Shown here in pieces: positions 14,430 through 26,975 of a stretch of DNA of 64,000 nt. How positions within the stretch are numbered: the stretch's first letter is position 1; every line of letters begins with the position of its first letter. Location of the stretch: positions 388,306,001 through 388,370,000 of the forward strand of contig NC_067400.1 of the NCBI RefSeq assembly GCF_016432865.1, given 5' to 3'. The stretch comes from Antechinus flavipes. Taxonomy: Eukaryota. The position numbers were made by a program, and so were the translations under genes. The notes under the pieces were generated by a model. It ran no database searches. It worked only from the letters and a program-made list of their open reading frames with translations, and was not told the DNA's origin.

Positions 14430-14842
14430 ACTCTATTCTCCTTCTCTTTACTCCAGGGAGGGAGTGGCCCTTTTTTTGAAATCAGTCTTTCTATTTTTGC
14501 CTTTGATATCAAATCATTATGTTTCTTCAAGTTGTTTTGTCCTTCCCATTATCCATTTTATTTTATAATCTCTAATTGCTCTTTATCCAATTGGCTCCTT
14601 TATTGCCTTCTATAAACATGCTCAGAACTCCCTATCCTTAAAAAAAGAAAAGAAAAAGCTACTGTCACTTGACTCCAATAAAATCCTATTGTGTATCTTT
14701 TATTCCTTTTATAGTAAAACTTAGAGAAGTGAATATAATTATCATTGCCTATAATCTAGCTTTCATTCTTTCTTCCATTTGAATGAAAATGCCCAGAAAC
14801 AATTTCTTAATAGCTAAAACAATGGCCAAAAGACTTTTTCCT
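14430..14842 (+). mobile_element. L2 LINE ORF2 fragment, left half (split by the L1)
   Basis: ccttctataaacatgctcagaactccc...gctaaaacaatggcc; joins the L2 sequence resuming at 18540 (ttggattctctgcagcat). Confidence 0.55.
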
Positions 14843-17800
14843 AATTGAATGTGGCAGAAAGGAGTATATTTTCTTCTCAGCAATTCATGGAACCTATATG
14901 AAAAAATGACCATATAGTAGGACATAAAGACCTCAAAATTAAATGCAGGAAGGCAGAAATAGTAAATGCTTTCTTTTTAGATCACGATGCAATAAAAACT
15001 ACATTCAACAAAAAATTAGGGTAAATAGACCAAAAAGTAATTGGAAACTAAATAATCTCATCTTAAAGAATGATTGGGTGAAACAACAAATTATAGACAC
15101 AATTAATAATTTCACTCACGATAATGACAACGATGAGACATCATACCAAAATTTGTGAGATGCAGCCAAAGCTGCAATAATGGGAAATTTTATATCTTTA
15201 GAGGCTTACTTGAATAAAATAGAGAAAGAGAAGATCAATGAATTGGGCTTGCAACTTAAAAAGCTAGAAAAAGACCAAATTAAAAATCCCCAATCAAATA
15301 CTAAACTTGAAATTCTAAAATTAAAAGAAGAAATTAATAATATTGAAAGTAAAAAAAAAAACTATTGAATTAATAAATAAAACTAAGAGTTGGTTTTATG
15401 AAAAAACCAATAAAATAGATAAACCTTTGGTAAATCTAATCAGAAAAAGGAGAGAGGAAAATCAAATTGTTAATCTTAAAAATGAAAAGGGAGAACTTTC
15501 TACCAATGAAGAGGAAATTAGAGCAATAATAAGGAGTTACTTTGCCCAACTTTATGTCAATAAATTTGATAACCTAACTGAAATGGATGACTACCTCCAA
15601 AAATATAGGTTTCCCAGATTAACAGAGGAGGAAATAAATTGTGTAAATAGTCCCATTTCAGAAAAAGAAACAGAACAAGGTATTAATCAACTCCCTAAGA
15701 AAAAATCCCCAGGACCAGATGGATTTACATGTGAAGTCTATCAAACATTTAAAGAACAATTAGCCCCAGTGCTATATAAACTATTTGAAAAAAAATAGGG
15801 ATTGAAGGAGTCCTACCAAATTCCTTTTTTGACACAGACATGGTACTGGTACCTAAACCAGGTAGGTTGAAAACAGAGAAAGAAAATTATAGTCCAATCT
15901 TCCTAATGAATATTGATGCTAAAATCTTAAATAAGATATTAGCAAAAAGACTACAGAAAATCATCCCCAGGATAATACACCATGATCAAGTAGGATTTAT
16001 ACCAGGAATTCAGGGCTGGTTCAATATTAGGAAAACTATCAGTATAATTGGCCACATTAATAACCAAATTAATAAAAAACATATGATCATCTCAATAGAT
16101 GCAGAAAAAGCATTTGATAAAATCCAACATCCATTCCTATTAAAAACACATGAGAATATAGGAATAAATGAACTTTTCCTTAAAATAATCAGTAGCATCT
16201 ATTTAAAACCATCAGTAAGCATCATATGTAATGGGGATAAACTGCAACCATTCCCAATAAGATGAGGAATGAAACAAAGATGCCCACTATCACCATTACT
16301 ATTCAATATTGTATTAGAAATGCTAGCTTTGGCAATAAAAGTTGAGAAAGAAATTAAAGGAATTAGAGTAGGCAATGAAGAAACCAAATCATCACTCTTT
16401 GCTGATGATATGATGATATACTTAGAGAACCCCAGAGATTCTACTAAAAAGCTATTAGAAATAATTCACACCTTTAGCAAAGTTTCAGGATACAAAATAA
16501 ACCCTCATAAGTCATCAGCATTCCTATATATCACTAACAAAATTCAACAGTTAGAGTTATAAAGAGAAAGTAACTACTGATAGTATAAAATATTTAGGAA
16601 TCTATCTGCCAAGGGAAAATCAGAAACTATATGAGCAAAACTATAAAACGCTTTCCACACAAATAAAATTAGATCCAACCAATTTGAAAAATATTAAGTG
16701 CTTTTGGATAGATCGAGCGAATACAATAAAGATGACAATACTACCTAAACAAATCTATTTATTTAATGCTATACCAATCAGACTCCCCAAAAAACTATTT
16801 TAATGACCTAGAAAAAATAACAAAAAAGTTCATATGGAAAAACAAAAGGTCAAGAATTTCAAGGGAATTAATAAGAAAAAATCAAATTAAGGTGGCCTAG
16901 CTGTCCCAAATCTAAAATTATATTATAAAGCAGCGGTTATCAAAACCATTTGGTATTGGCTAAGAAATAGACTAGTTGATCAGTGGAATAGGTTAGGTTC
17001 AAAGGACAAAACAGTCAATAACTTTAATAATCTAGTGTTTGACAAACCCAAAGACCCCAGCTTTTGGGATAAGAACTCACTTTTTGACAAAAATTGCTGG
17101 GAAAATTGGAAATTTGTATGGCAGAAACTAGGCATTGACCCACACTTAACTCTGTACACCAAGATAAGATCAAAATGGATTCATGACCTAGGTATAAAGA
17201 ATGAGGTTATAAATAAATTAGAAGAACTTAGGATAGTTTACCTCTCAGACCTGTGGAAGAGGAAGGAATTCATGACCAAAGAAGAACTAGAGATCATTAT
17301 TGATCACAAAATAGAAAATTTTGATTATATCAAATTGAAAAGTTTTTGTACAAATAAAACTAATGCAGACAAGATTAGAAGGGAAGCAATAAACTGGGAA
17401 AACATTTTTGCAATTAAAGATTCTGATAAAAGCCTCATTTCCAAAATATATAGAGAATCAACTCTAATTTATAAGAAATCAAGCCATTCTCCAATTGATA
17501 AATGGTCAAAGGGTATGAATAGACAATTCTCAGACGAAGAAATTGAAACTATTTCTAGCCATATGAAAAGATGCTTCAAGTCATTATTAATCAGAGAAAT
17601 GCAAATTAAGACAACTCTGAGATACCACTACACACCTCTCAGATTGGCTAGAATGACAGGGAAAGATAATGTGGAATGTTGGAGGGGATGTGGGAAAACT
17701 GGGCACTGATAAATTGTTGGTGGAATTGTGAACACATCCAACCATTCTGGAGAGTGATTTGGAACTATGCTCAAAAAGTTATCAAACTGTGCATACCCTT

Positions 17801-18522
17801 TGATCCAGCAGTGTTACTACTGGGCTTATATCCCAAAGAGATTTTAAAGAAGGGAAAGGGACCTGTATATGCAAGAATGTTTGTGGCAGCCCTCTTTGTA
17901 GTGGCAAGAAACTGGAAACTGAGTGGATGCCCCTCAATTGGAGAATGGCTGAATAAATTGTGGCATATGAATATTATGGAATATTATTGTTCTGTAAGAA
18001 AAGTCCAGCAGTAAGTTTACATGAACTGATGCTGAGTGAAATGAGCAGGACCAGGAAATCATTATATACTTCAACAACAATACTATATGATGATCAATTC
18101 TGATGGACATGGCCCTCCTCAACAATGAGATAAACCAAATCACTTCCAATAGAGCAATAATGAATTGAACCAGCTTCACCCAGCGAAAGAACTCTGGGAG
18201 ATGACGATGAACTATTACATAGAATTCCCAATCCCTCTATTTTTGTCTGCCTGCACTTTTAATTTCCTTCACAGGCTAATTGAACACTATTTCAAAGTCC
18301 AATTCTTTTTATACTGCAAAATAACTGTTTGGACATGTATACATATATTGTATTTAACTTATACTTCAACATATTTAACATGTGTTGGTCAACCTGTCAT
18401 CTGGGGGAAGGAGTGGCAGGAAGGAGGGGAAAAGTTGGAACAAATGGTCTTGCAATTGTCAATGCTGAAAAATTACCCATGCATATATCTTGTAAATAAA
18501 AAGCTATCATAAAAAAAATTTA
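14843..18522 (+). mobile_element. 5'-truncated L1 LINE (ORF2 from late endonuclease domain to 3'UTR and poly(A)), inactive
   Basis: Frameshifted ORF2 pieces: [65 protein letters not shown]; stop at 18101-18103; AATAAA then A-rich tail. TSD aaaagactttttcct (14828-14842) versus aaaagactttttttcct (18523-18539). Confidence 0.97.
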
Positions 18523-18539
18523 AAAAGACTTTTTTTCCT

Positions 18540-19990
18540 TTTTTGGATTCTCTGCAGCATATGGCACTGCTTATCTTCAGCTTATCCTCGAAAATCTGTT
18601 CTTTCTTTGAGGGTTTGTTTATTTGTTTGTTTTTGACTCAAATTTCTCCTTATCATTCTTCTCAACTTCCTTTGCTGGATTCATCCTCTGTAGCTACCTC
18701 ATATATGTGGTCTTATGCCAAAGTTCTGCTTGGATCTCTTTCTCTTCCCTGTACTCTTTCCCTTGATGATCTCATCAACTTCAAAAGATTGAATTCTTTT
18801 TTTTTTAAATGTAGATGGACTTCCAAAACCACACTCCTAGTTGTTCTCTTCTTGGTCCTCCAATTCTTCATCATTGTTGCCCTCCTGGATACTTCTGCTT
18901 AAGTGAAAGGTAGATATCCTAAACTCAACATGTAAAAATTGGGATTCATTATTTTTTTTTCTAGATCCATAATTTCCCCCAATTTTCTTATTTACATTGA
19001 ATGTGCCAGCACCTCAGAATTCAGCCAGATTCACCACTTCAGAATCGTCCTTGATCTTCATAATGATGATAATCCCACTTGGGATTTTCCTGGCAAAAAT
19101 ACTGAAGTAGTTTGTTATTTCCCTCTTCTAATCATTTATGAAGAAGCTGAGGTAAACAGAGTTAAGTGACTTGCCCAGGTGACATTATATGTGTCTGAGG
19201 CTTGATTTAAACTCACGGAAATGAATCTTCTTCACTTTGTGTCACTCTATCCCCTATATCACCTAGTTGCTCCTCCTTGATCCTTACCTTCACTCCAAAT
19301 ATCCTATCTTTTGCCAAGTATCATTCATCCCACCTTCAAAATATTCTTCAAATCCATCGTTTTCTTAACATTCAGACTTTACTCTACTTCAGACCACTAT
19401 TACTTCTTTAGTGAAGTAATCTCCTAATTGGTCTACCTGTTGCTATCCTTTCCCTTTTCCAACCCATCTTCCACTTGACTTCTAAAATAATCTTTAACAC
19501 ACAGGTCTGATCATATGCCTCATCATTGCTTCTAGGATAATGCAAACCTTTTTGTTGAGAATTTAAAACTTTCCATAACTTTCTTTCACTTAATCTTTCT
19601 AATCTTAGTTCATAATATTCCACAAATTCCACATTCTAGATAAACTGGATCATTGCCTAAACTTTTTATCCCACCTCTAGCCTCAGTGCATTTATATAAG
19701 CTATCTTCCAGGACTGGAATACATTTTTCACTCTTCTTTGTCTTTCAGAATATTTGTCTTCCTTAAGATTTAGTTAAAATTATAACTTCCTCTATGGAGC
19801 CCTCTCGGATTCTATTCTCCACTAACTGTTAGTGCTCTTTAACTCTTCAATTTTCCTTATATTATTTGTGTACATTTCATATTAATGAAGTGGAATGTAA
19901 GCTCTTTGAGGACAGGAACTGGTTGTTTTTGTCTTTGTATTCTAGAACATAGCACAGTACCTTTCATATATTTGGTACTTAATATAAAAT
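18540..19990 (+). mobile_element. L2 LINE, right half to 3' end (interrupted by a MAR1 SINE)
   Basis: ctctttctcttccctgtactct...tgatgatctcatcaactt...aaactcaacatgt...aatgtaagctctttgaggacagg...catagcacagtacct. Confidence 0.6.
19075..19272 (-). mobile_element. MAR1-type SINE nested in L2
   Basis: cccacttgggattttcctggcaaaaatactgaagtagtttg...ttaagtgacttgcccagg...atcacctagttgctcc. Confidence 0.75.
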
Positions 19991-20939
19991 TATCTAGTAA
20001 AAGATTTTTCTTTTGCAAAGTCTATTTAAAAGTTTCTTTCCTTTTCCTGAAATTGGGTCTGCTTCACACAGTACATATGGTCATCATAATTGTACTCTGT
20101 ACCAGGTATAAAAATCATGTCCCAGAAATAACTGTGGACTCTCCATAACACAACAGTACAGAGAAAAATGGGGCCTCGGTAATGGCACTGGGTATATGCT
20201 CATACATATTTGCAGATATAATTAGCTTCTTGAATATTTCTGCTTCCTTTTTCTACTTGCAAATTTCATCTGTGTTATCCTCTCCATCCTGTTCCAGCAA
20301 GCAAAAGAACATGGACATTTTGTAAACCAGTTTAATTCTCTAAGTATTTAGTGTCTAAAGTGTGCAAAATAATGTGTTAGGAAGATTCAAAGTCCTTGCC
20401 CATGGAGCTTATAACCTAGGATGGTGAATGGATGGGTATATAAATTAACTGTGATAAAATATTTCGTGACAATCTATGATGAACACATTAGCAAATTGTT
20501 ATTTTATGATACTATTATAACAAAAGATTTTTTTACACATGTAATTTCATTGCTGTAAAGAATTCCCACTGAGGGGGAACTTCTTTTATTTATTCATATC
20601 CACAACTGATCTAAAACTTACAGCTTTAGAGAGCTTCCTGTATGTAGTTGGAGATTAAATTTGTCCAAGGTCAAACAACCAGAATGTGTCAGAGGTCCTA
20701 AGTCCAGGTTCAGATGACCCAAAGGTTAGTTTGCTATCTGCCTTGCCACTTTACTGATAAAATTAAAAATCCTGTAATAAAATGTTTTATGATATTATTA
20801 TCACGTGTAAGAAGCAGGTGGCCTGAGTAATACATTGGAAATATTAAAAGAATCAGAGTAAGCCTCTGACACAATACGTGGAAAATTTTTTCTGTGGAAA
20901 ATTTGTGTAAAAGCATTGATGAGTATTCATTGGATAATG

Positions 20940-21100
20940 GATTTAGAGGTAGAAAGGCCCTTTAGAGTCATCAGGTCTACCCTTTCTATTTTATGGATAG
21001 GGAAACAGACAGAGGTATTAAGTGACTTGTTCAGAGTCGCAAAGCTCATGTCTGAAGCAGCATTTGAACTCAGATTTTCTTGGATCCAAATCTAGCCTCT
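20940..21100 (-). mobile_element. MIR-family SINE
   Basis: ttagaggtagaaaggccctttagagtcatc...ttaagtgacttgttcagagtc...atttgaactcagat. Confidence 0.6.
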
Positions 21101-21689
21101 GGGCTACTTAACTGTCCAGGCTGGGCTACAATTTCCAATGGTGGAGGGAGAACATATACTAAGATGAAACACTCCTGAAGTGTTTCAAGATTTTTATAAG
21201 TACTGTGTGTCCTGTTTGAGTTTTAGAATTTATCCTGAAAGACATTTAATATTGAAAAGAAATGTTGAAAGGTTTCTAGTTGTTCCTAAAGTTTCAGGAA
21301 TATCTCATTTTTATACTGCAATCAATAAAGCACATACTCTCCCGATTTAGATTTTTTTTAAAAAAGTAAGCCTTTAAGTAGGGTGTACAAAGGCAAGATT
21401 TATATTCTTGTCCTATGTAACAGGAGAAATTCAGTGGGGATCACAGTAAGAAAATGAATGCATTTTGTTACCTCGAGCCATAAATGTTACATTTTCTAAA
21501 ATCAAAGTAGAATTAGGATGAAGAGAAAAGCTCTTTTTGCTAAAATTCCATTTTGGAAAAGTTCTCTGTGGTCTGTTTGATGCTATTTGATCTGAATCCT
21601 CCCTTACTCCACATTTCTAATTGGTTGCCAAGTCTTGCTATTTCTTCATTAACAACATTTTAGGCATATATACATATGCTAATATTATT

Positions 21690-21945
21690 AATAATAATAG
21701 TTAGCATTTATATGGAGCTTTAAGGCTTTGCAAAAATGCTTTGTAAATATTATCTCATTTTGTTCTCACAACAACACTGGGATTTGGAGACATTATCTTC
21801 CCCATTATACAGATGAAGAAACTGAAGCAACCAATTGTTAATTGATTTGTTCAGGGTCATAACAATTAGTATCTGAGCTAGGTTTGATTTGAAAGAGAGT
21901 TTGCAGGTTCAGCACTTTATCCACTGTCCCACCTAGCTGCCTCTC
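21690..21945 (-). mobile_element. MIR-family SINE
   Basis: tagcatttatatggagctttaagg...tacagatgaagaaactgaagca...tccactgtcccacctagctgcctc. Confidence 0.7.
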
Positions 21946-23304
21946 ACATTATTTTATATTTGCTTTAAATTTTTGCTGTGCATATCTTTTTGTATTTGCA
22001 TTTTCCTCCATTGGATTATAAACTTACTGCAACTAGAAATTGTTTTATTTTTTGTACTTGTACTCCCACATCTAGCAAAGTTCCTGGCACATAGTAGGCA
22101 TTTAAGGAATATATGCTAATTGATTGTGGTTCCAAATTAGGGAATCTTCCACATGCTCATTTCTTCCCAACCATGATGTTTATAAAGGAAAGTTCTTCCT
22201 AAGGGGAAAATTGAGTCATTCAGTATAAGCAATTATCAGATGATTCTAGCTGTCCCTGAGCCAATATAGAAGAGATTAACTTTGAAGATGAAAGTGAAGA
22301 TTATGCAATTTCATCCTAGTTAGCTGGTTAAAAAAATTATACCATATTAGAATGATTTCATCTTCCCTGTGGATGTTTTATGAATTGAGCGGTGAATTTG
22401 TTAACTTTGAAAATATTTCTCTGCTTTATTAATCAAGTTACATAGCTTCTTATTTGCATACAAGAGACACCACTCATCAAGTTTATGTGCTTTCCTGAAA
22501 AAGCTTCAGCAAATACTAACAAGAGATTCAGTTGTATATTTTAGCTTTAGAGGTTGTGCCTGTTCCTTTATCTGTCCATGTGGTTAATGGCTTCGAGATG
22601 CTAGGACATGAATTTCATAAGCTCTTGGACAATTGAGCTCTTTATCTTCTGCTGTGGCAGTATTTAACCCCAAGTGCCATTTCCTAACCTAATCAAAAAA
22701 CCTTTACATCCCATGATACAGGTGACAGTATGGAGATTGATTTGTGATAAAGCTGCATGATGGTAAGGATCCCGATATTGACCCCTGCCCCCAAGAGGAG
22801 TTTATTATTCCTCCCCATAGTAAAACAGGACATTTAATGCATTTGTTATTCTGCTCTTCTCATTCTTTTGGTGATAATAGTTCATCAAAAATAACAGCTC
22901 AAATTTATTGTGCTTTAGTTTATCAATGTATTTGTGATTTCTTCCTTTAACAATCTAGATTACAAGGCATTGATGTCTTTTCATTCTAGTCAATTATCTC
23001 CTATAAATCCTCCTTTCTTCATTCATTGTCCAGGGATTATCACATAGAAGAAAGTTGAAGTTGTTTAACAATTGTCATAATTTTTATTTGTGCCCCCTTA
23101 ATTCCTCTGTCTCTTTGTTATAGTTAACCTAATTTTAATTAGAATAAAACTATTTTCTTTGGAGGAGGGGTGTGTGTAGGGAGACAGGTTGTACTTAGAT
23201 AATAGTATTAAAGTAAAAGAACTGGGTTCAAATTCCAGCTCCATGAAATAACACGATGAGCTTTACAACTCTTGAAGTGTTATATAAAATCTGCTATTCC
23301 TACT

Positions 23305-23560
23305 ACTTGTTCTTGAGTGGTCTCAATCATGTCCAACATTTTCTGACCCCATTTGGGGTTTTCTTGGAAAAGATACTGGAGTAGTTTGTCATTTCCTTCT
23401 CCAGATCATTTTACAGCTGAGGAAACTGAAGCAAACAGGTTTGAGTGACTTGCCCAGATTCATATAGCTAGTAAGTGTCCCAAGCTAGATTTGATCTCAT
23501 GAAGATGAGTTTCCTTGACTTCAGCTCTAGTGCTATATCAACTGTTCACCAACTGTCCCT
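23305..23560 (-). mobile_element. MAR1-type SINE
   Basis: gaccccatttggggttttcttggaaaagatactggagtagtttg...gaggaaactgaagcaaacagg...caccaactgtccct. Confidence 0.85.
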
Positions 23561-24252
23561 ACCATCATCACCATCACCATCACCGTCACCATCCACCACC
23601 ACCACTAGTATCACTACTACTACTTACTACCACCACCACCACTAGTCTATTTACTACTATTACCACCATCACTACTACTACTCCCCCCATTGGTACTACT
23701 ACAAAGATGACTATCACTAGTACTATTACTACTACTAATTACCACCACCACCACCATCACTATTACTACTATTACCACCACCACCACCACTACTACTACT
23801 ACCAAAACTACTAGACTACTGCTACTTACTACTATCATCCTTACTTATTACTACTTACTACTACTATTACTTACTACTACCAACAGCACTAGTACCACTA
23901 CTACTTACTACCACCATCACCACTACCACCGCTACTACGACTACTACTACTATTATTACTACTACTACCATCACCACTAGTACTACTACTACTATTACTT
24001 ACTACTACCAAAACTACTAGTACTACTGCTACTTACTACTATTACCACCACCACCACTACCACCACCACCACTACTACTATTTTTTACTACTACCACCAC
24101 TATTAGTATTACTACTTACTACTTATTATTACCACCACTACTAGTATTACCACTACCACTAGTACTACTTACCGCTACTACTACTTACTACCACTACTAC
24201 TACTATTACTACTACTACTACTACCATTAGTACTACTACTACTTACTATTAT

Positions 24253-24284
<32 letters not shown>

Positions 24285-24550
24285 TCACTACCACCAGTAT
24301 TAATACTATTACTACTACTTACTACTTTTACCATCATCACTTGTATTACTACTACTGCTTATTACTACTACTACCACCACCACCACCACTACTACTACCA
24401 CAACTACTACTACTACCTTCATCACTAGTACTACTAGTACTACTTACTACTATTATCACCATCACTCTTACTCCTAATATTATTATTTGTACCACTTCTG
24501 CTATTATTGTTTTTATTATTATTATATAATATTGTTATTATTATTATTAT
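23561..24550. repeat. ~1 kb compound (TAC/CAC/TAT)n low-complexity tandem repeat
   Basis: Directly visible; interrupted by TTAC and ACTAGT units. Confidence 0.97.
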
Positions 24551-24551
24551 C

Positions 24552-24670
24552 TACTAGATGTGTGGCCTTGGACAAATCACTTAATCTCTGTGGGCCTCAG
24601 TTTCCTCCTATGTAAAAGGAAAACTTGTAATAGATTGTCTCTGAGGTATCTTTCAGCTTTATAGCCAGGA
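24552..24670 (+). mobile_element. MIR CORE fragment
   Basis: tactagatgtgtggccttggacaaatcacttaatctctgtgggcctcagtttcctc. Confidence 0.7.
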
Positions 24671-25029
24671 TTCTCTTATCGTCAGATTGTGTTTACCTGG
24701 CACATAATAAAAACTTAATAACTGCCTATTTAAAAAATACCTGAATAAATAACTTTATTCTTTCACAATGCTTTAATTTTTTCCATTTTCTACCAAATGA
24801 CTCATACCTCATTTTTTTTTAAATGAAGTCTTATGTATAACAATATTCTAATGGCAAAACTATTAAGATCTTTGAAAATCAGTCATTTAAGCTTTTTTTT
24901 TTTTTGTATTAATGTTTTGGGGGTAGTTTATCGTTGAAGTAGAGATGCTACCTCCCTCATTTCCTATAGTTTTCTGTCTATATGTAGAGAGAATATATGC
25001 CTAGGTGAATAATTTGTTACATTAGAAAA

Positions 25030-25700
25030 ATCATTTCACCAACAACTTCCATGTCCAGCATAGGGTGAAGCAGAGCTTGATTTACAAACTCCACTGCCCC
25101 AGCACAGCAGTTTACAGGAGGAACTGAAGTATGTAATCAGCAAATGATGCAAATCACCACAAACCAAGTACATTCTTCTGTTGCCCGTGATTAGCAAAGG
25201 ATTGAATTCATTTTGCAGAGGGCTATATAGCCAAAGTTCTGACCCAGAAATGTGCAGCTTGATCAGTAAAGTTTGAATTGAAAATGACTTTACAGATGAT
25301 GAGTGCCATTCAGATAATAAAGCTGCATCAGTTGCTGAATGTATCAGGAATTCCAGTGCCAAGAAACTGTGGGCTAGAAACAGGTGTCCAGGTCTATAGC
25401 AAATTAAGTCAAATCAGCAACATATACATATTCAGTAAGCACATATACCGCCCCTGGCCCCAGTAAATTATATAGACCATATAGTTTGGTTATTAAACTC
25501 TGGAACTCAATTAGCAAAGCAGGCAACCATCTGAACCGGTAAAGCATTGCTGCTAAATTAAAGCATTTAATTTATTTCAGCAATTCTGATCATTAAACTT
25601 TGCAACCTAATTATGCCAGTGTATGGTTACAGTACAAATGAAGAAGGAAGTGATAGTCAAGAGTTTGATTACACATGACAGAGTGTAATCTAACTAAACA
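25030..25700. promoter_or_regulatory. Unique, repeat-free, compositionally balanced segment; candidate conserved non-coding element/enhancer
   Basis: No repeat similarity recognised; E-boxes and TAAT/TAATTA homeodomain motifs; inverted GATTACAC-N8-GTGTAATC. Conservation itself not testable here. Confidence 0.3.
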
Positions 25701-25927
25701 AATAAATTCAATAAACATTTATGAAGTACCTCCTATGTACAAGACAATGCACTGGATGCTTGGGAAGCATAGTACTCTAACATTGCTTTTGTTTGCCTGC
25801 AGCATTGTTAGGGCTGATTTACGCAGTGGCTGTTGGATCCTTTTGCCAGGGTGATAACAAAGACCAAAATGTATGTATTTGCCTCCATCTATCTATGAGC
25901 AAGACTGGTCTAATTAACAGCTATGTT

Positions 25928-26605
25928 TTCTTTTTTTTTCCTTCAAAATACATGCATAGATAGTTTTCAGCATTCACCCTTGTAAAATCTTGTGTTCCAA
26001 ATTTTTTCCCTTCCTTTCCTTCATCTCCTCCCTTAGATTGCAAATAATTCAATATATGTTAAACATGTAGGAGTACCAGTCCTGAAGTCAGGAGGACCTG
26101 AGTTCAAATCTGGCCTCAGAAACTTAACACTTCTGAGCTGTGTGACCCTGGGCAAGTCACTGAATGCCAATTGTGCTCAGCAAAAAAAAAATGTGCTATT
26201 CTTCTATACATATTTCCACAATTATCATATTGTACAAGAAAAATTAGATCAAAAAGGGGAAAAATGAGAAAAAACAAAAAGCAAGCAAACAACAACAAAA
26301 AAGTTTGAATACTTTGTTGTGATCCACACTTAGTCCCTAAAATCCTCTCTCTGGATGCAGATGGATGCATCACAAGTCCATTTGAACTGGTCTGAATCAC
26401 CTCACTGTTGAAAAGAGCTACATCTATCATAATTGATCACCCTATAATTTTGCCATTGCTGTGTACAATGTTCTACCCTCTTCACTTAGCATCAGTTCAT
26501 GTAAGTCTCTCCAGGCCTCTCTTAAATCATCCTGCTGATTGTTTCTTACAGAACAATAATATTCTATAACGTTCTTCAACTAACGGACATCCCCTCAGTT
26601 TCCAG
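25928..26605 (-). mobile_element. L1 3'UTR fragment (interrupted by WSINE1)
   Basis: aaaatacatgcatagatagttttcagcattcacccttg...tgtacaagaaaaattagatcaaaaaggg...catcagttcatgtaagtctctccagg. Confidence 0.85.
26069..26190 (+). mobile_element. WSINE1-type SINE (5'-truncated) with poly(A)
   Basis: gtcaggaggacctgagttcaaatctggcctcagaaacttaacactt...gtgtgaccctgggcaagtcac...ctcagcaaaaaaaaaa. Confidence 0.85.
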
Positions 26606-26744
26606 TTGTGCTTCTTTTTCTTAAAAGAAGAATGGTGAGTTAGATTGTGTCCTACAGTTGGTACTCCAAGTTGATCTTAGCACAGCTGTGAAATGATTGA
26701 TTAGTTTTCAGTATTATCCCAACCAGGATGCCACACCGGAGCCA

Positions 26745-26975
26745 AACAACTGGTAGCACAGTAGATAGAATCCTACTCTAGAATCTGAAAGACCTGAGTG
26801 CAAACCCAGCCTCAGACACTAGCTGGACGACCTGGACAAGCCACTTCACCTCAGCTTGTTTCAGCTTCCTTAATCAAATGAATAGCACACACTTTTGAGG
26901 ATCAAATGAGATAATGTTTGCAGAAGTGCTAAGGCACAGTGCCTGGTACTTGGTAGTGACCATCTAAATGCTTCT
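26745..26975 (+). mobile_element. MIR-family SINE
   Basis: ggtagcacagtagataga...agacctgagtgcaaacccagcctcagacactagctg...gaggatcaaatgagataatg...gcacagtgcctgg. Confidence 0.7.

Noticed and set aside
14943-18014. Listed ORFs as host genes
   Set aside because: All are frameshifted pieces of L1 ORF2 or their antisense shadows.
23515-24529. Poly-His/Thr/Val/Tyr ORFs
   Set aside because: Translation artefacts of the trinucleotide repeat.
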